A DNA stretch of 63,963 bases, the filler included, from Bipalium vagum (Eukaryota), in NCBI GenBank assembly GCA_037834085.1. It is 3 parts of 3 records of this genome, joined end to end, with 100 filler letters (N's around TTAATTAATTAA, not from the genome) between each part and the next. Parts side by side here need not be neighbours in the genome. Positions count along the whole stretch, not along the records: positions 48,238 to 63,963 come from JBBMKC010149618.1; 2 more parts are not named here. One strand, 5' to 3'. The notes under the pieces are model-generated. The model was not told the DNA's origin and ran no database searches. It worked only from the letters and a program-made list of their open reading frames with translations. Each line of letters begins with the position of its first letter. Position 1 is the first letter of the stretch. Positions 53,375 through 63,963 of this stretch are shown here, one piece after another. A program made the position numbers and the translations under genes.

Positions 53375-53950
53375 TCAAGGTCTGGGAATAAGGAGGACTT
53401 TGAAGAATCTCCCCATCGAGCTCTTTCTTTTCAATATACTTCCTGTGTGGAGTTTCGCATTGTCATTGAGTAATTTATCCTGTTTTTTCTCTTTCGTAAT
53501 GTCGTTTACTCCACGCAATTTATTATTTCCAGTGTATGAGATCGATCCAATTCTAGTAAACAGAATTATGAATTTCTTGTGATGCAAATCGTGTTTAATT
53601 TTATGAGTTTTTGTGCAATCAGGAGTCGACCTGTTCTCCCTGTGATCTAAGTTTTTATACTAGCATCAGTTCTCATCTAATATGATGATTACATGAAGAA
53701 ACCATTTCTTATGGTTTCGTGTTGCTCGGTGTCTGACAAGATTTTGAGATGCAATTTGTAAAATAATTTCTGTTCAGCCGATATTGTACATAATCAACCA
53801 GTTTATGATTATACCCATTTGATTTTATGTGAGGACTCTCATTGAATTGCTGTTAATCCTCTGAGACAGATCTCTATGTTTGACGGTCTGTCTCTTTCAA
53901 ATGTGAGATCATTGATCCTCATTGAAATTGGGTGTTCACTGACAATTAGA
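53375..53950 (-). mobile_element. Possible LINE ORF2 remnant
   Basis: Broken coding-like sequence starting SEHPISMRI (SDH-like end of an APE domain). Weak. Confidence 0.25.
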
Positions 53951-55198
53951 CAAAAGTATATTTAAGAAAAATAATTTGAAGCTATAAAGTTAGCGCTGGG
54001 TTTGACTTCATCTTGTGATGGGCAAGTATTTTAAAATTTTCCTAACTATATTGAACCAATCATTATATTCCTTCTAATCGGAAGAACCGTGATACTTAAA
54101 GAAAATAGACATTTTTCCCATACATGAAAAGTTTCTTCTTTTAGTGATTAATCGTTCGTCAGCCTTCAGAAAAACCCTGGGGTTGTCAAAAAATATGGAA
54201 TACAATATTTTTATTTATAATACACAGACCACTAAAACAAGATTAAAATAAAATAATAAAAAATGATACCGAAATTCTATTTTAAATCTTTTATGTAAAT
54301 GAATAAATAAATAAAATAATTAATTAACAATTAATTTAAGTAATTAATTAATATTCCAAAATGTCTTCAACATCGGTTATATTTTATTTGTTAGTGATTT
54401 ATTTTCATTTTATTTTTGTGTCACTCTATCTTTTTTCTTTACTCAACAGTAAATCCACACTTATAAATTGACGAATTTTCTGATCTAAAAATGAATAAAA
54501 AGTATAAAATGAATAAAATACTCAATATACTTTCTCTATTTCCGATTTTAAAAAGTTCAATAATTACACCCTTTACGAAGAAGTAAATATATTACTTATT
54601 ACGATTAGTAGTATATATTTTATATTCTGTTCTTTTTCAGTAATGAAAAAATATAAGCGAAATGAAATGAAAAATTACTTAAAAATCCAATAGCTTCAGT
54701 TATGAAGGTTGAAGTGTTAAATAAAATGTATAACTAAAACTTTCTAGCCATGTAAACATAAATAAAAAGAACAGTTTAGACTTGGTAATGGGTTTGGAAA
54801 TGACTTTATAAAACTAACAAATGTACAAGAAATATACTAATAAAACCATCTTTGGTTAACAGAAGGGTTCTCTTTCATCCAAACAAAGTATATCGCATGT
54901 TGCAAATACTACGTTAGAGAAACTGAGAACTTTCGTGTGATATAATGCCTTATCCGTGGTATTTTCAGACAATGCCCCATCAGGCTAAAAGTTGCTCCGG
55001 AACCTATTTGGAAGGATTATACCCTAATTAAGGCAAAAACTTTATTGAATGAATTCTTTGAGTGAAAACAAAAGGATTTTTACTGAATATATATTGAAAA
55101 TTTACCAGAAAAGAAAAAGATTGTACAGGACAAAAGAAAAATATTTTATTAAAAATTTATCGAAAAAATTGTTTATTCTAGTTATGAGATGACCTAAT

Positions 55199-55475
55199 AT
55201 CAGGACGAACGTAAAGTTCTTGTCAAATTTTAAACAAAAATAAAAATCAAACTATTTTTAACAAAGATATTTATTTAGTCCAAAATATAGTTTTCATAAT
55301 TTTCAACAACTTGTCTCCATCTATCTGGTAAGCCATCGATACCTCTAACAAAAAAATCTTCGGATTTGGACTCGAAGAAAGTCACAAGAACCGGTTTAAC
55401 ATCACTCGAATCAACGAATGATCTCTGGTTCAGATAATTTTGCAAGGTACGAAATAAATAGTAGTCCGAAGGATG
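55199..55475 (-). mobile_element. Mariner 3' fragment
   Basis: PSDYYLFRTLQNYL...FFESKSEDFFVRGIDGLPDRWRQVVENYENYILD* plus a TIR-like end. Confidence 0.9.
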
Positions 55476-55479
55476 ACTA

Positions 55480-56570
55480 TAAAATTTGTGGTTTTATACA
55501 GGGACTACGTTTCCTTACCAGTAATGATTTATACTTTAGATCAATCTCCGTTAGTCATCTACTACATGTGTGCAGAAGATGATTTCGCAGTTCCACTGAG
55601 GTAAATCTGGAGCTTGCCCTTAAACGGCTAAGCAATAGCCTCAAAGGTGAAATAACCTTTCAGAATATTTGGTGGTCCAAAGTGCGAAATCCCGTTCAGG
55701 CTCTGAGAGCTAAGGATATTGAATTTGAATTTATTTCGTTTGAAGAAACTATCATGTTAAAAGTGATAGTGAAACTTACGAATGATGATACAAAGCAATA
55801 TTTCTTCGGTAACGAGAATATAAATGAGGCAACCATGACTTTGCACCAAGGGCTAGAGATACATTATTATCTCAGGTGGAAAAGTCTGAGTACTAGTATG
55901 TTACGAGTACAAGGACGAGTACAAGGACGAGTACTAGTATGTTACTCAATGCGTATCAGATCAATTAAATTGATATTAAATAAAAAAAATTAAAGCCAGA
56001 AGCAACAATTTGGCACTAAGATAACGTACCTTTAACCTAGTAAACTGTAAATCGACTCATTGCAGACTTTGCAACTTTGCAAGTGAGAGTCAAGCCCATG
56101 TGCAAAATTATTGCCAAGCTCTTCCAAATTCGCCTACTGCCAAACACAACAATGTGTTGTTGCTTGTTTGGAATTTCCTTAGAGATTTCGGACTGGATGT
56201 TGACATGGATGTCACTCCACATGAAATCAAAACAACTTTAAGACCGGATTTAATTGTTCGATCAAAGGAAATAGATCTCATAAACTTAAAAATCCCATAC
56301 GACGAGTGTGAGAACTCTAGAATTCATAGAGATAACCAAAAGAAGTACGAAGCACTTGCCAAAGAGTTAGGATTTAAATTCCGGTCTTAAGTCTCTATAT
56401 GGACTACAAACCTTGGGTGTCTTGGGTCTTGGGATCCAGAAAATGATAGGATTTTCAGACGTCTTGGACTGACGGAAATTAATATCCACCGGTTATCAGC
56501 TGATATGATTGCATCTGTGATTGCGCAGTCATATCATTTTTTTTTCAACACATTGCAAATAAATAATAAC
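55480..56570 (+). mobile_element. 3' fragment of an RLE-type non-LTR retrotransposon (NeSL/Utopia/R2-like)
   Basis: ESQAHVQNYC..AKHNNV (CCHC knuckle), LRPDLIV..INLKIPY..KKY (restriction-like endonuclease), GCLGSWDPEND..RLGL, then an A-rich tail. Confidence 0.85.
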
Positions 56571-56971
56571 CGTTACTACGTAAAGTATATTTTACTCGTA
56601 TTATCTTTCTATAATATATTCTAAAAGTATATTCATATTTTAATGATATAATAGTATTCAAATTTTAATATATATATAAGTAAGAATCATAAATAAATCT
56701 TTCAATATTAATCTAAAACTATCATTTACTGTAACACTCCCTTATTAAAAAAACAAAATACATAAAATAACATAAAATAATAATTTATAAAAAAAAGCTT
56801 AACACTTGTTTAAATGAAATATAATAAACTATAACCAAAATAATTAAATATTTAACTACTTAATAGACCTAATAGAGACATAATTTTTTAACTTTTATGG
56901 ATTTTGATGAAACCCCTAGCTGGTTAACTAAATAATTAAAACCTTTAATAACTTTTAACACTTTAATAATA

Positions 56972-58710
56972 CACCACGTCTAATAATTTTAGGCGCACTT
57001 AAATAAAACTATTTTTTATCAAAGCACAATAAGTTACGTAGTTTTTTATTAATTTCGTAATAGTTAATATTAGTAAACAAAATTAACGAATTGTTTAAAC
57101 ATTTTAAAATAATATATTTAACGAAAATTAAATTCAAAGCCAGAATAAGGAAAATAAGGTGTCTAGTATTTTTAGAAGCACTTAATGTAACTTTATGTGT
57201 TTTAGATATTATCCATTTCCAAAGAGTCAGATAAAAAATTTATTAAGGTAATTAAAGTTTTCAAACATAATAACCACATAGCTTAAAATAATTAAGTAGT
57301 GTAAACATGGAAAAAAAATGTCGCTATCAGATTATGAAAAAGGTTAAGTAGATGCTTTTCATAGGAAAATCTTTCAAATATGGCATAGAGCTTGTATGAT
57401 GTCAATAAAGGGGAAAAGGGGTCCAAAAGTGAAGGTTAATGATAGACTAAAAAGAAGAATAATCAATGAAGCGAGCCAAAAAACTATCAGTTTAGATCAG
57501 ATTAAGTGTAATTTAAATTTAGACATATGTCAAGAACAATATTGAATGAAAATCCGAACATTTTATTACGACATATGAAGAAAAAACTGGTTCTTATTTC
57601 GGAGCATAAGAAACGAAGAATGAAATGGGCAGAAGAGAAAGCTTATTATAATGAAGAATGGAAAAGAATCATCTGGAGTGATGAAAAAAGATTTTGTCTT
57701 GATGGACCAGATGGTTTTTCGTTTTACTGGCATGATTTAATAAAGGAACAATCTATTTTTTTAAAGCGTCATTCTGGAGGAGGATCGGTTATAATTTGGG
57801 GCTGCTTTAATTATCATGGGAAATCTTCATTGGCCTTTATTTCTCAAAGCATAGATCAATTTGCATATCAAGATGTTTTGGAGAATCATTTCCATCCATT
57901 TAAAAATGCATTTGGTGGCGACAATTCGATATTTCAGCAGAATGGAGCAAAACCTCATACTGCACGAACAAGTATGCAATGGGTTAAAGACAGAAACATC
58001 GAGGTTTTACCATGGCTTTCTTTATCGCCTGATATATCTCCAGTAGAAAGCCTTTGGGGCTATCTGACTATAATGATATATTCAAATGGTACTCAGTATT
58101 ATGATGTTGATCAACTTAAGAAAGTGATTTTAAGGTGTTGGGATAAGATTCCTAAATCATTTCTGGAAAATCTCACTTTGTCAATGTCAAAACGAATTTT
58201 TAAAGTCGGACGTGCTAAAGGAGGCATGACAGACTATTAATTAGATATATATTTTTTTAAAATAAACGCCATTTAACGAATTTTTACGAAAACAATATTT
58301 TATTCAATAAACTGGTATCTTGAAACATGTTTCGATCTTTTCATTCAGATCTTCTTCAGTCAATTTTAACTTTCTTCTGAATTATCTGCAAATGACATCG
58401 CTGTCATGATCTTTATTGATTTATCTAAATTTTTATTGGATAAAAATAATTTCTTTTTTTTTAAATGTCAATTATTGTTTTAAAATGTTTTTTATAATAA
58501 AATTTTCACGTTGCGCCTAAAATTATTGGATGGTGACTTCTTAATACTTTTCATTTACAAATAATTATAATTATTTATAATAATAATAATGATTTATAAA
58601 TGATATAAAATAATTATTAGAATGCAAATATATTATTATTTTTATTATAAATTTCTATTTTCTCTTGTCTATGCTGATTTTTATAGTGTGTCTAAAATTA
58701 TTAGACATTT
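56972..58710 (+). mobile_element. Tc1/Tc3-like DD34E element with IR/DR ends
   Basis: ORF 57527-58240: WSDEKRFCLDGPDG, GGGSVIIWG, FQQNGAKPH (second D changed to N), SPDISPVESLW. Repeat gtctaataattttaggcgcac at 56978 with a degenerate copy at ~57159, and inverted copies at ~58512 and ~58685. Confidence 0.92.
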
Positions 58711-59954
58711 TAATAATATTAAAAATAAATGTTTTTAACCTTTATAAGCAAATAAAATTATTTTAAAAAAATATTTTTCTTTATTTTATAACTAAGTTTT
58801 TAATTTTTTTGTTTTTTATTATTTTAATCCTAAATATTTTTAATTATCTTATAAATTTTTATTTTGTAACTAACTTATTTCTTGTTAAAATAGAAAATTA
58901 TCAAGGCTCATCATAATTTTGTGCCGAGACCACTATATATCATGAGTAGTTTCACATCCCAAGACTCATGGGACGAGAACAAAAATGATATATAAGGGCC
59001 TCATGAACAAACCGAAGACGAGGAAATAATCCAATATCCGCTGCTCACGGTGTATTGGAGAAAATATTTGTCTTAGGAATGTTTTTATCCCTAATTCTTG
59101 TTGCCCGAGTAGCCTGAAATACTAGGGCAAAATAGTATGAGTGCAAAAAGACAGATAAGGATTAGGAAATATTATGTTTTTTATATTTTAAGATTGACAT
59201 TTTTATATAAAGCATATATATAATAATATAAAGACTAATATTGAAAGCTTTATTTATGATTAATACTTATATATATATTAAAATTTGAATATTATTATAT
59301 AATAAAATATTATATATAAAATAAACCCTGTAGTCAATAGAAATAAGGTCAAGTAAAGATAGTAATAATAATGTCAATTAAGAAAGCGGGGTTCAACTAA
59401 ATTTCAACCTTAAATTTTAATAATTTTCTATATTTATCATTTGAATCATAATTTACAGGAAATGTCTTTCTTTTAACTTCGTAAAAAATTCAATTCAAAA
59501 TATTTAACCAAAAATGAAAATTAGTTTTTGGTTGCCTAATAATTTTTTTACAACAAATAATAAAAACTTTTATTGGTAATAAGAAAATTATAAAATAGTA
59601 TTGTGTTATATTATATATTAATTTAATTTCTCAAAATTTGTCACATTTCCTAGACAAAAATTTTAATAAAAAATTGGAAACAAGTTTCTTTTTAAAAAAG
59701 CTTTTTTGTACTGTTTATTGCAAGGTGGTCTGTTTAAAATACGACATTTAATGATGAACTAATTATCCTTTTTTAATGATTTTTATAAAGATATATTTTT
59801 GGTCACTTTGCGGAGTTAAGGATAACATGATCAAAAGTAAATGCGTACCGCCTGGTGAGAATTACTCTGAAGTCGATTTTTTGCGCGATTTAATAATTTT
59901 TTTAAAAATAATAATGAAAATTATTATCTTTAACTGTTAAACTGAAGTAGACGC

Positions 59955-60509
59955 TACCGTCCCTGGTGGGCACTGCAAGGATCTAGGGGGTCGGTGGCGA
60001 ATTAAAGCTCATTTGGGGCGATAATACTATAAGAATGTAAGAAAATGATTATTACAAATTTTGATGTCTCGTTTGCTCAAAACGCGTAATTTTTCTTAAA
60101 ACAACTGTACGTAATTGTTTTTGAAGTAGGTGTAATCGCGCACTCAATGCTACTGCTTGTGCGCTTTGTCGTTTGCAGTAGAGCGGTAGTACTTCTGGGA
60201 ATCCTCGTAATTATTAACTGAAATAAAACTAAAAGAAATGTTATTTTGTTGTGATATTACGAGAAATTAAAATTAAGTAACAGTGTAACAGGAATTCGTA
60301 AGTATTAAATATTTTGTAATAATAATAAGCGGGTTATTACCCGCTTTATATATCTTTTTAATATATTTAATGAAAAAGATAGTAAAATTAAGATTTTTTA
60401 TAAATTGATACTAAAAGTTTTTTAAAAAAGGTGTGTTAGTTTGGAGACGCTAAGTAATATTTATTCTGGAAAAGGAGCGGTACACCCAAAAAAGTTTGGG
60501 AACCACTGG
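59955..60509. mobile_element. hAT (Charlie-like) non-autonomous remnant
   Basis: Right end aagtttgggaaccactg is the reverse complement of the CAGTGGTTCCCAAAC hAT-type TIR. GC-rich subterminal-like block at 59955-60020; left TIR not seen. Confidence 0.5.
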
Positions 60510-60818
60510 TTTAACATATAAATTATTAACAAGCTGAAGATTGAGGCCACATAGACTCAATATTTCAATAATCGTGAACACAATATTTATTCAAAACAAA
60601 AGTTTAAAATAATCAAGCAGAGCAAAGACACGTAGCAAGACGAAGAATACTTCTTTAATTTACAGAAAATAAATCAAGTTAAAAAGTTATCTAATGTCGA
60701 CTTAAGCAAATTTCAAAAATGAAAATAAACCGTCACAAAAAATATTATCTATCGTCATAATTTGCTTTAGGAAAATCTTGGTGTGTAAGATATCAATTCA
60801 TTTTTAACTGAAATTATT

Positions 60819-61000
60819 CTATTTTCTTTTAAAGGAACATGTTCTAAATCTTCTAATTAGCTCCTTCCATAGTAAGACCTGCTCATCCTTTGACTTGGCA
60901 AGAACTGCTCTATTTTCAAGAGCACGTCGAGAAAGATAAGGCAAAACCCCTTCAACAGGACCATAAGGCGTATATTTATATACAGAGTATCCTAGACTGC
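60819..61000 (-). CDS. PRODH: Proline dehydrogenase, last coding exon (gene continues beyond the window)
   Basis: AG acceptor at 61001-61002; [39 protein letters not shown] is the hallmark PRODH C-terminus. Confidence 0.93.
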
Positions 61001-61109
61001 CTAAAATTAATAAATATATCAAGAAAGTGATGTAAAATTAATAGGGTTATATAAAATAGGGTAATATAAAATTCTAATTTAACTAATTGAAAAGTTTGTA
61101 GAACAAAAT

Positions 61110-62285
61110 AAGAAAATCATATTTATAATATAAAATATTCATTAAAATATTCCTCCAAAAGCTCAATGCATTAGTTCCAATGATTCTCCAGTTCGTTTAT
61201 TCCAATTAGAAAATGATTTTCTGTAAGCCCTTCAAAACACTCATTTACAGGTGCTATAGGTTCATTGTTTGATAAAAACAGTTTGCCGCATAGAATTATT
61301 TTTAAACTTGATTACAGATAAAAATGTCGCGTATGTTCCAGTGATTCATAATGTCATTCCTTCAATTTGGCCATTACAAGAACACGTTTGTGAGCTCGTG
61401 CATTAACTTGATGAAAAATGATTTTCTTCCTGCTTAACCCAGATCTTTTCTAACAAAAGTTTGTATATAATTCATTCACAAGCCATAAATGATATTCACC
61501 TGGTATTGTTTTACCATTTTGAAGGTAATCAATTAATAAATTACCTTTGCAATCTAAAAAATCCGATTTCATTGTGGAGCTGAAAAACCGATCTGAATTC
61601 ACTTTGCAGTTTGATCTCTCAATAGAGAATCATAATGATAAGTCCAAGTTTCATCAAGCGTTAGAACATTTAAAATCCGTTTTATTCTTAGGAAAAAGCC
61701 AAATGTGGAGTAGATAGTTTTACTCAAGGTTATTATTATCGCAATTTTCTCATCTTGCATGCAGATTGCTGAAGCCAATTTTCTCCCTCAAAATGAGAAA
61801 CACGTGTTCAGTTGAAATGTACGTAGTCTCACCGTTTTGAATCAATCTAATCGATGATAATTCATCATCATATCAGGAATGAATCAACTATTCATTTGTT
61901 GTGATGTCGCACTCTTGGGTCTCCCAGAACAATCATCTTCAATGCTTTCACACTCACGTCGAAATATCAGAACCCATTTGAAAACCATGGATTTTGATGA
62001 CACAGCACCACTTAATACTTTTATCATTTCATTATGAATTTGCAATAGGTTTCAATTATTTTTTTACAAAAAATTTGATAATAGTGCTGAGTTTGATTTC
62101 GTCCATGCAAAAAACATGTCGACTTTAAACTGCATTAAATAAATAATTTTACAAATGACTCTGACATTTCAAATAATTAAAATATGAATGGAATTTGTAA
62201 AGTTGAATATAATTTATAGTTATAAAATTTAATCAAAGATGGCACTCAGCGAATTTTTTAATTAGGCTATCATTTATTTGGACTT
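61110..62285 (-). mobile_element. Decayed mariner (irritans/Hsmar2-like) in PRODH intron
   Basis: IIKFFVKK, VFKWV..FRR..ESIEDDCSGRPKSAT and a C-terminal W...C-like segment; TIR-like gtccaaataaatgatagc. Confidence 0.75.
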
Positions 62286-63963
62286 AATTTTGGGACGAGC
62301 ATGCTAAGGACATAAGTGTAAGGGTCAGTAAACAAACAAAGATAAGTTATATAGATTATAGGATAAAAAGGTATAACGAACAATTCGGCCATTGATATAT
62401 CAATTAACGAGACAATTCTTTTTATTTTTTCTTTATTATTCTTTTTAATTTTATTATTATTATTAATTGTAATATTATTATTATTAGTAGTAGTAGTATT
62501 ATCGTCAATGTTAATTTTATTTTAATGTATATTATTATTTTCAAGATATTATCAGCACTAATTATCACCATTCATCATCTCTTTTGCTATTAATATTTTT
62601 ATTCGACAATTTTAAAATCCTGTTATTAATATTTGATATTAATAGTGATAGGTTAGTGTAACGTGCCAGTAAGAATCTAGACGTATGAAATACGGTTTAG
62701 GATGCCTTGACTATTTTGTGATTAATTGTATGACTGATTAATTGTATGTATTACAAATAATGATATATATTAGTATTATATTTAAAAGGATCAGGAATAT
62801 AGTCTAGATTAAGAGAAAAAAGATTAAGAGGATATAAAGGTCTATTTACAGGTGACAAAAGTCATCTATTTGGTTAATAATTTAATAATACAAAGCGAGA
62901 TAAATTTTAGTATAATCAGATATATACGAGTTACAATTATTAAAACAGATACCAATTGATTTTAAAAAATCAATCTTATCAATTTAAAACACTTTGTCAA
63001 AAGAGTAATATCGGATCATTAGAAATCAACAGGTAGTCTAGTAAAATCCTAAACTATACCGCTCCAAGGAAAGAAAATAATATATTCAATTTTTAAAGTG
63101 CCAAAAAATGAATCATGAATCGAAAGATTGTCCTTTAAATAAAAAGGACGTTTATGTGTTTTAATTAAATAAATTGTATCAACTAAATAATAAAATTAAC
63201 AAGTTTCCAACGTCAGATGCAATTTAAACACGAAATTACAAGAAAATGTAATTCGTGACGTCGAATAAATCATAACACGGAAGAATACCGAACAATAAAT
63301 TACAGCATTGTCTGCAATTAATTATCAATGTTTCCATGTAGGGTTTATTAATTAGTTTCTTCCACTCGAATAGCAGAAGAGAAGATTAGTTATTTTATGC
63401 CCATATAGATTTTTTAGAAAAAATGAGGTCTGGATTAAGGTAAATTAATTAATTTTCATGCTCTGTCGATGGGACAGAAGTTCCGGTTGGTGAGAGCAAC
63501 CTAGTGATAACTCGAATAGCCAATTTTGACTATAAAGTTAGTTCTCAGAACTGAGGGCAGTCAAGAAAACTTGATTTTCGAAATAATTATCAGAGATATT
63601 TGTCAAAGTCAAATTTTAAATTTATAAAGGTAAGTCAATGTGGACATATTTTAGGATTTGTATTCTGGTGATTGTCGAGTTTTCTGGAGTGATGGCTGCT
63701 TTTTTTATGTCCGGAAAAATTCATGAGAACCGAACCTAAATCGGCCTATGATAACGTAATATTAAACATTTTCTTTTGCTTGAATTTTAAAATATTTATC
63801 TAAAATTGTTATAATAAAAAAGCAGGTATTGCAATGTCCATAATTCCGTTTAATATTGTGGTATCACCTTCATGGGATAAATAATATCAATAAAGTCACT
63901 CATAGTTTCAAAAATTTTATTATTCCAATAAAAATAAAAATACTTAAACAAATTTCTTAAATT

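Noticed and set aside
54780-59120. Exon-like GC-richer patches at 54780-55060 and 58920-59120
   Set aside because: No consistent spliced frame or recognisable protein.
60327-60346. Hairpin aagcgggt-tatt-acccgctt resembling a Helitron 3' end or terminator
   Set aside because: No CTRR terminus downstream, and it lies within a probable hAT remnant.
1-63963. CRISPR arrays, rRNA or prokaryotic operons
   Set aside because: None seen; the sequence is intron-containing eukaryotic DNA.

Overview
Very AT-rich eukaryotic (metazoan) genomic DNA with spliceosomal introns, many only 40-66 nt long. The combination of a motile-cilia gene, a caspase-8-type protease, tiny introns and a heavy Tc1/mariner load suggests a free-living flatworm such as a planarian; this is inference only. 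Host genes reconstructed by hand from splice sites and reading phase: a QACQG-type caspase (+, 439-5450, with a stop-riddled upstream exon at 254-388), a complete DNAJB13 (-, 6 exons, 9566-14799), the 5' part of an SLC16/MCT-like transporter (-, ~27055-27289), a complete TTC39-family gene (+, 17 exons, 31146-45077), the last exon of proline dehydrogenase (-, 60819-61000), and a possible orphan gene (-, 51202-51706). The rest is mostly decayed mobile DNA: mariner, Tc1 DD34E, DD37D and DD41D/rosa elements, a Polinton-type integrase, Gypsy gag/integrase pieces, an RLE non-LTR fragment, an Ulp1-protease-carrying element, MITEs and a tRNA-Ala pseudogene. Two 100-bp gaps contain an artificial TTAATTAATTAA linker. 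I found no unambiguous new biological system. The best leads are a USP-deubiquitinase / spliced ORF / HTH-zinc-finger cargo cluster at 45.3-48.1 kb, the caspase whose N-terminal exon alone has decayed, and the Ulp1-carrying element inside DNAJB13.
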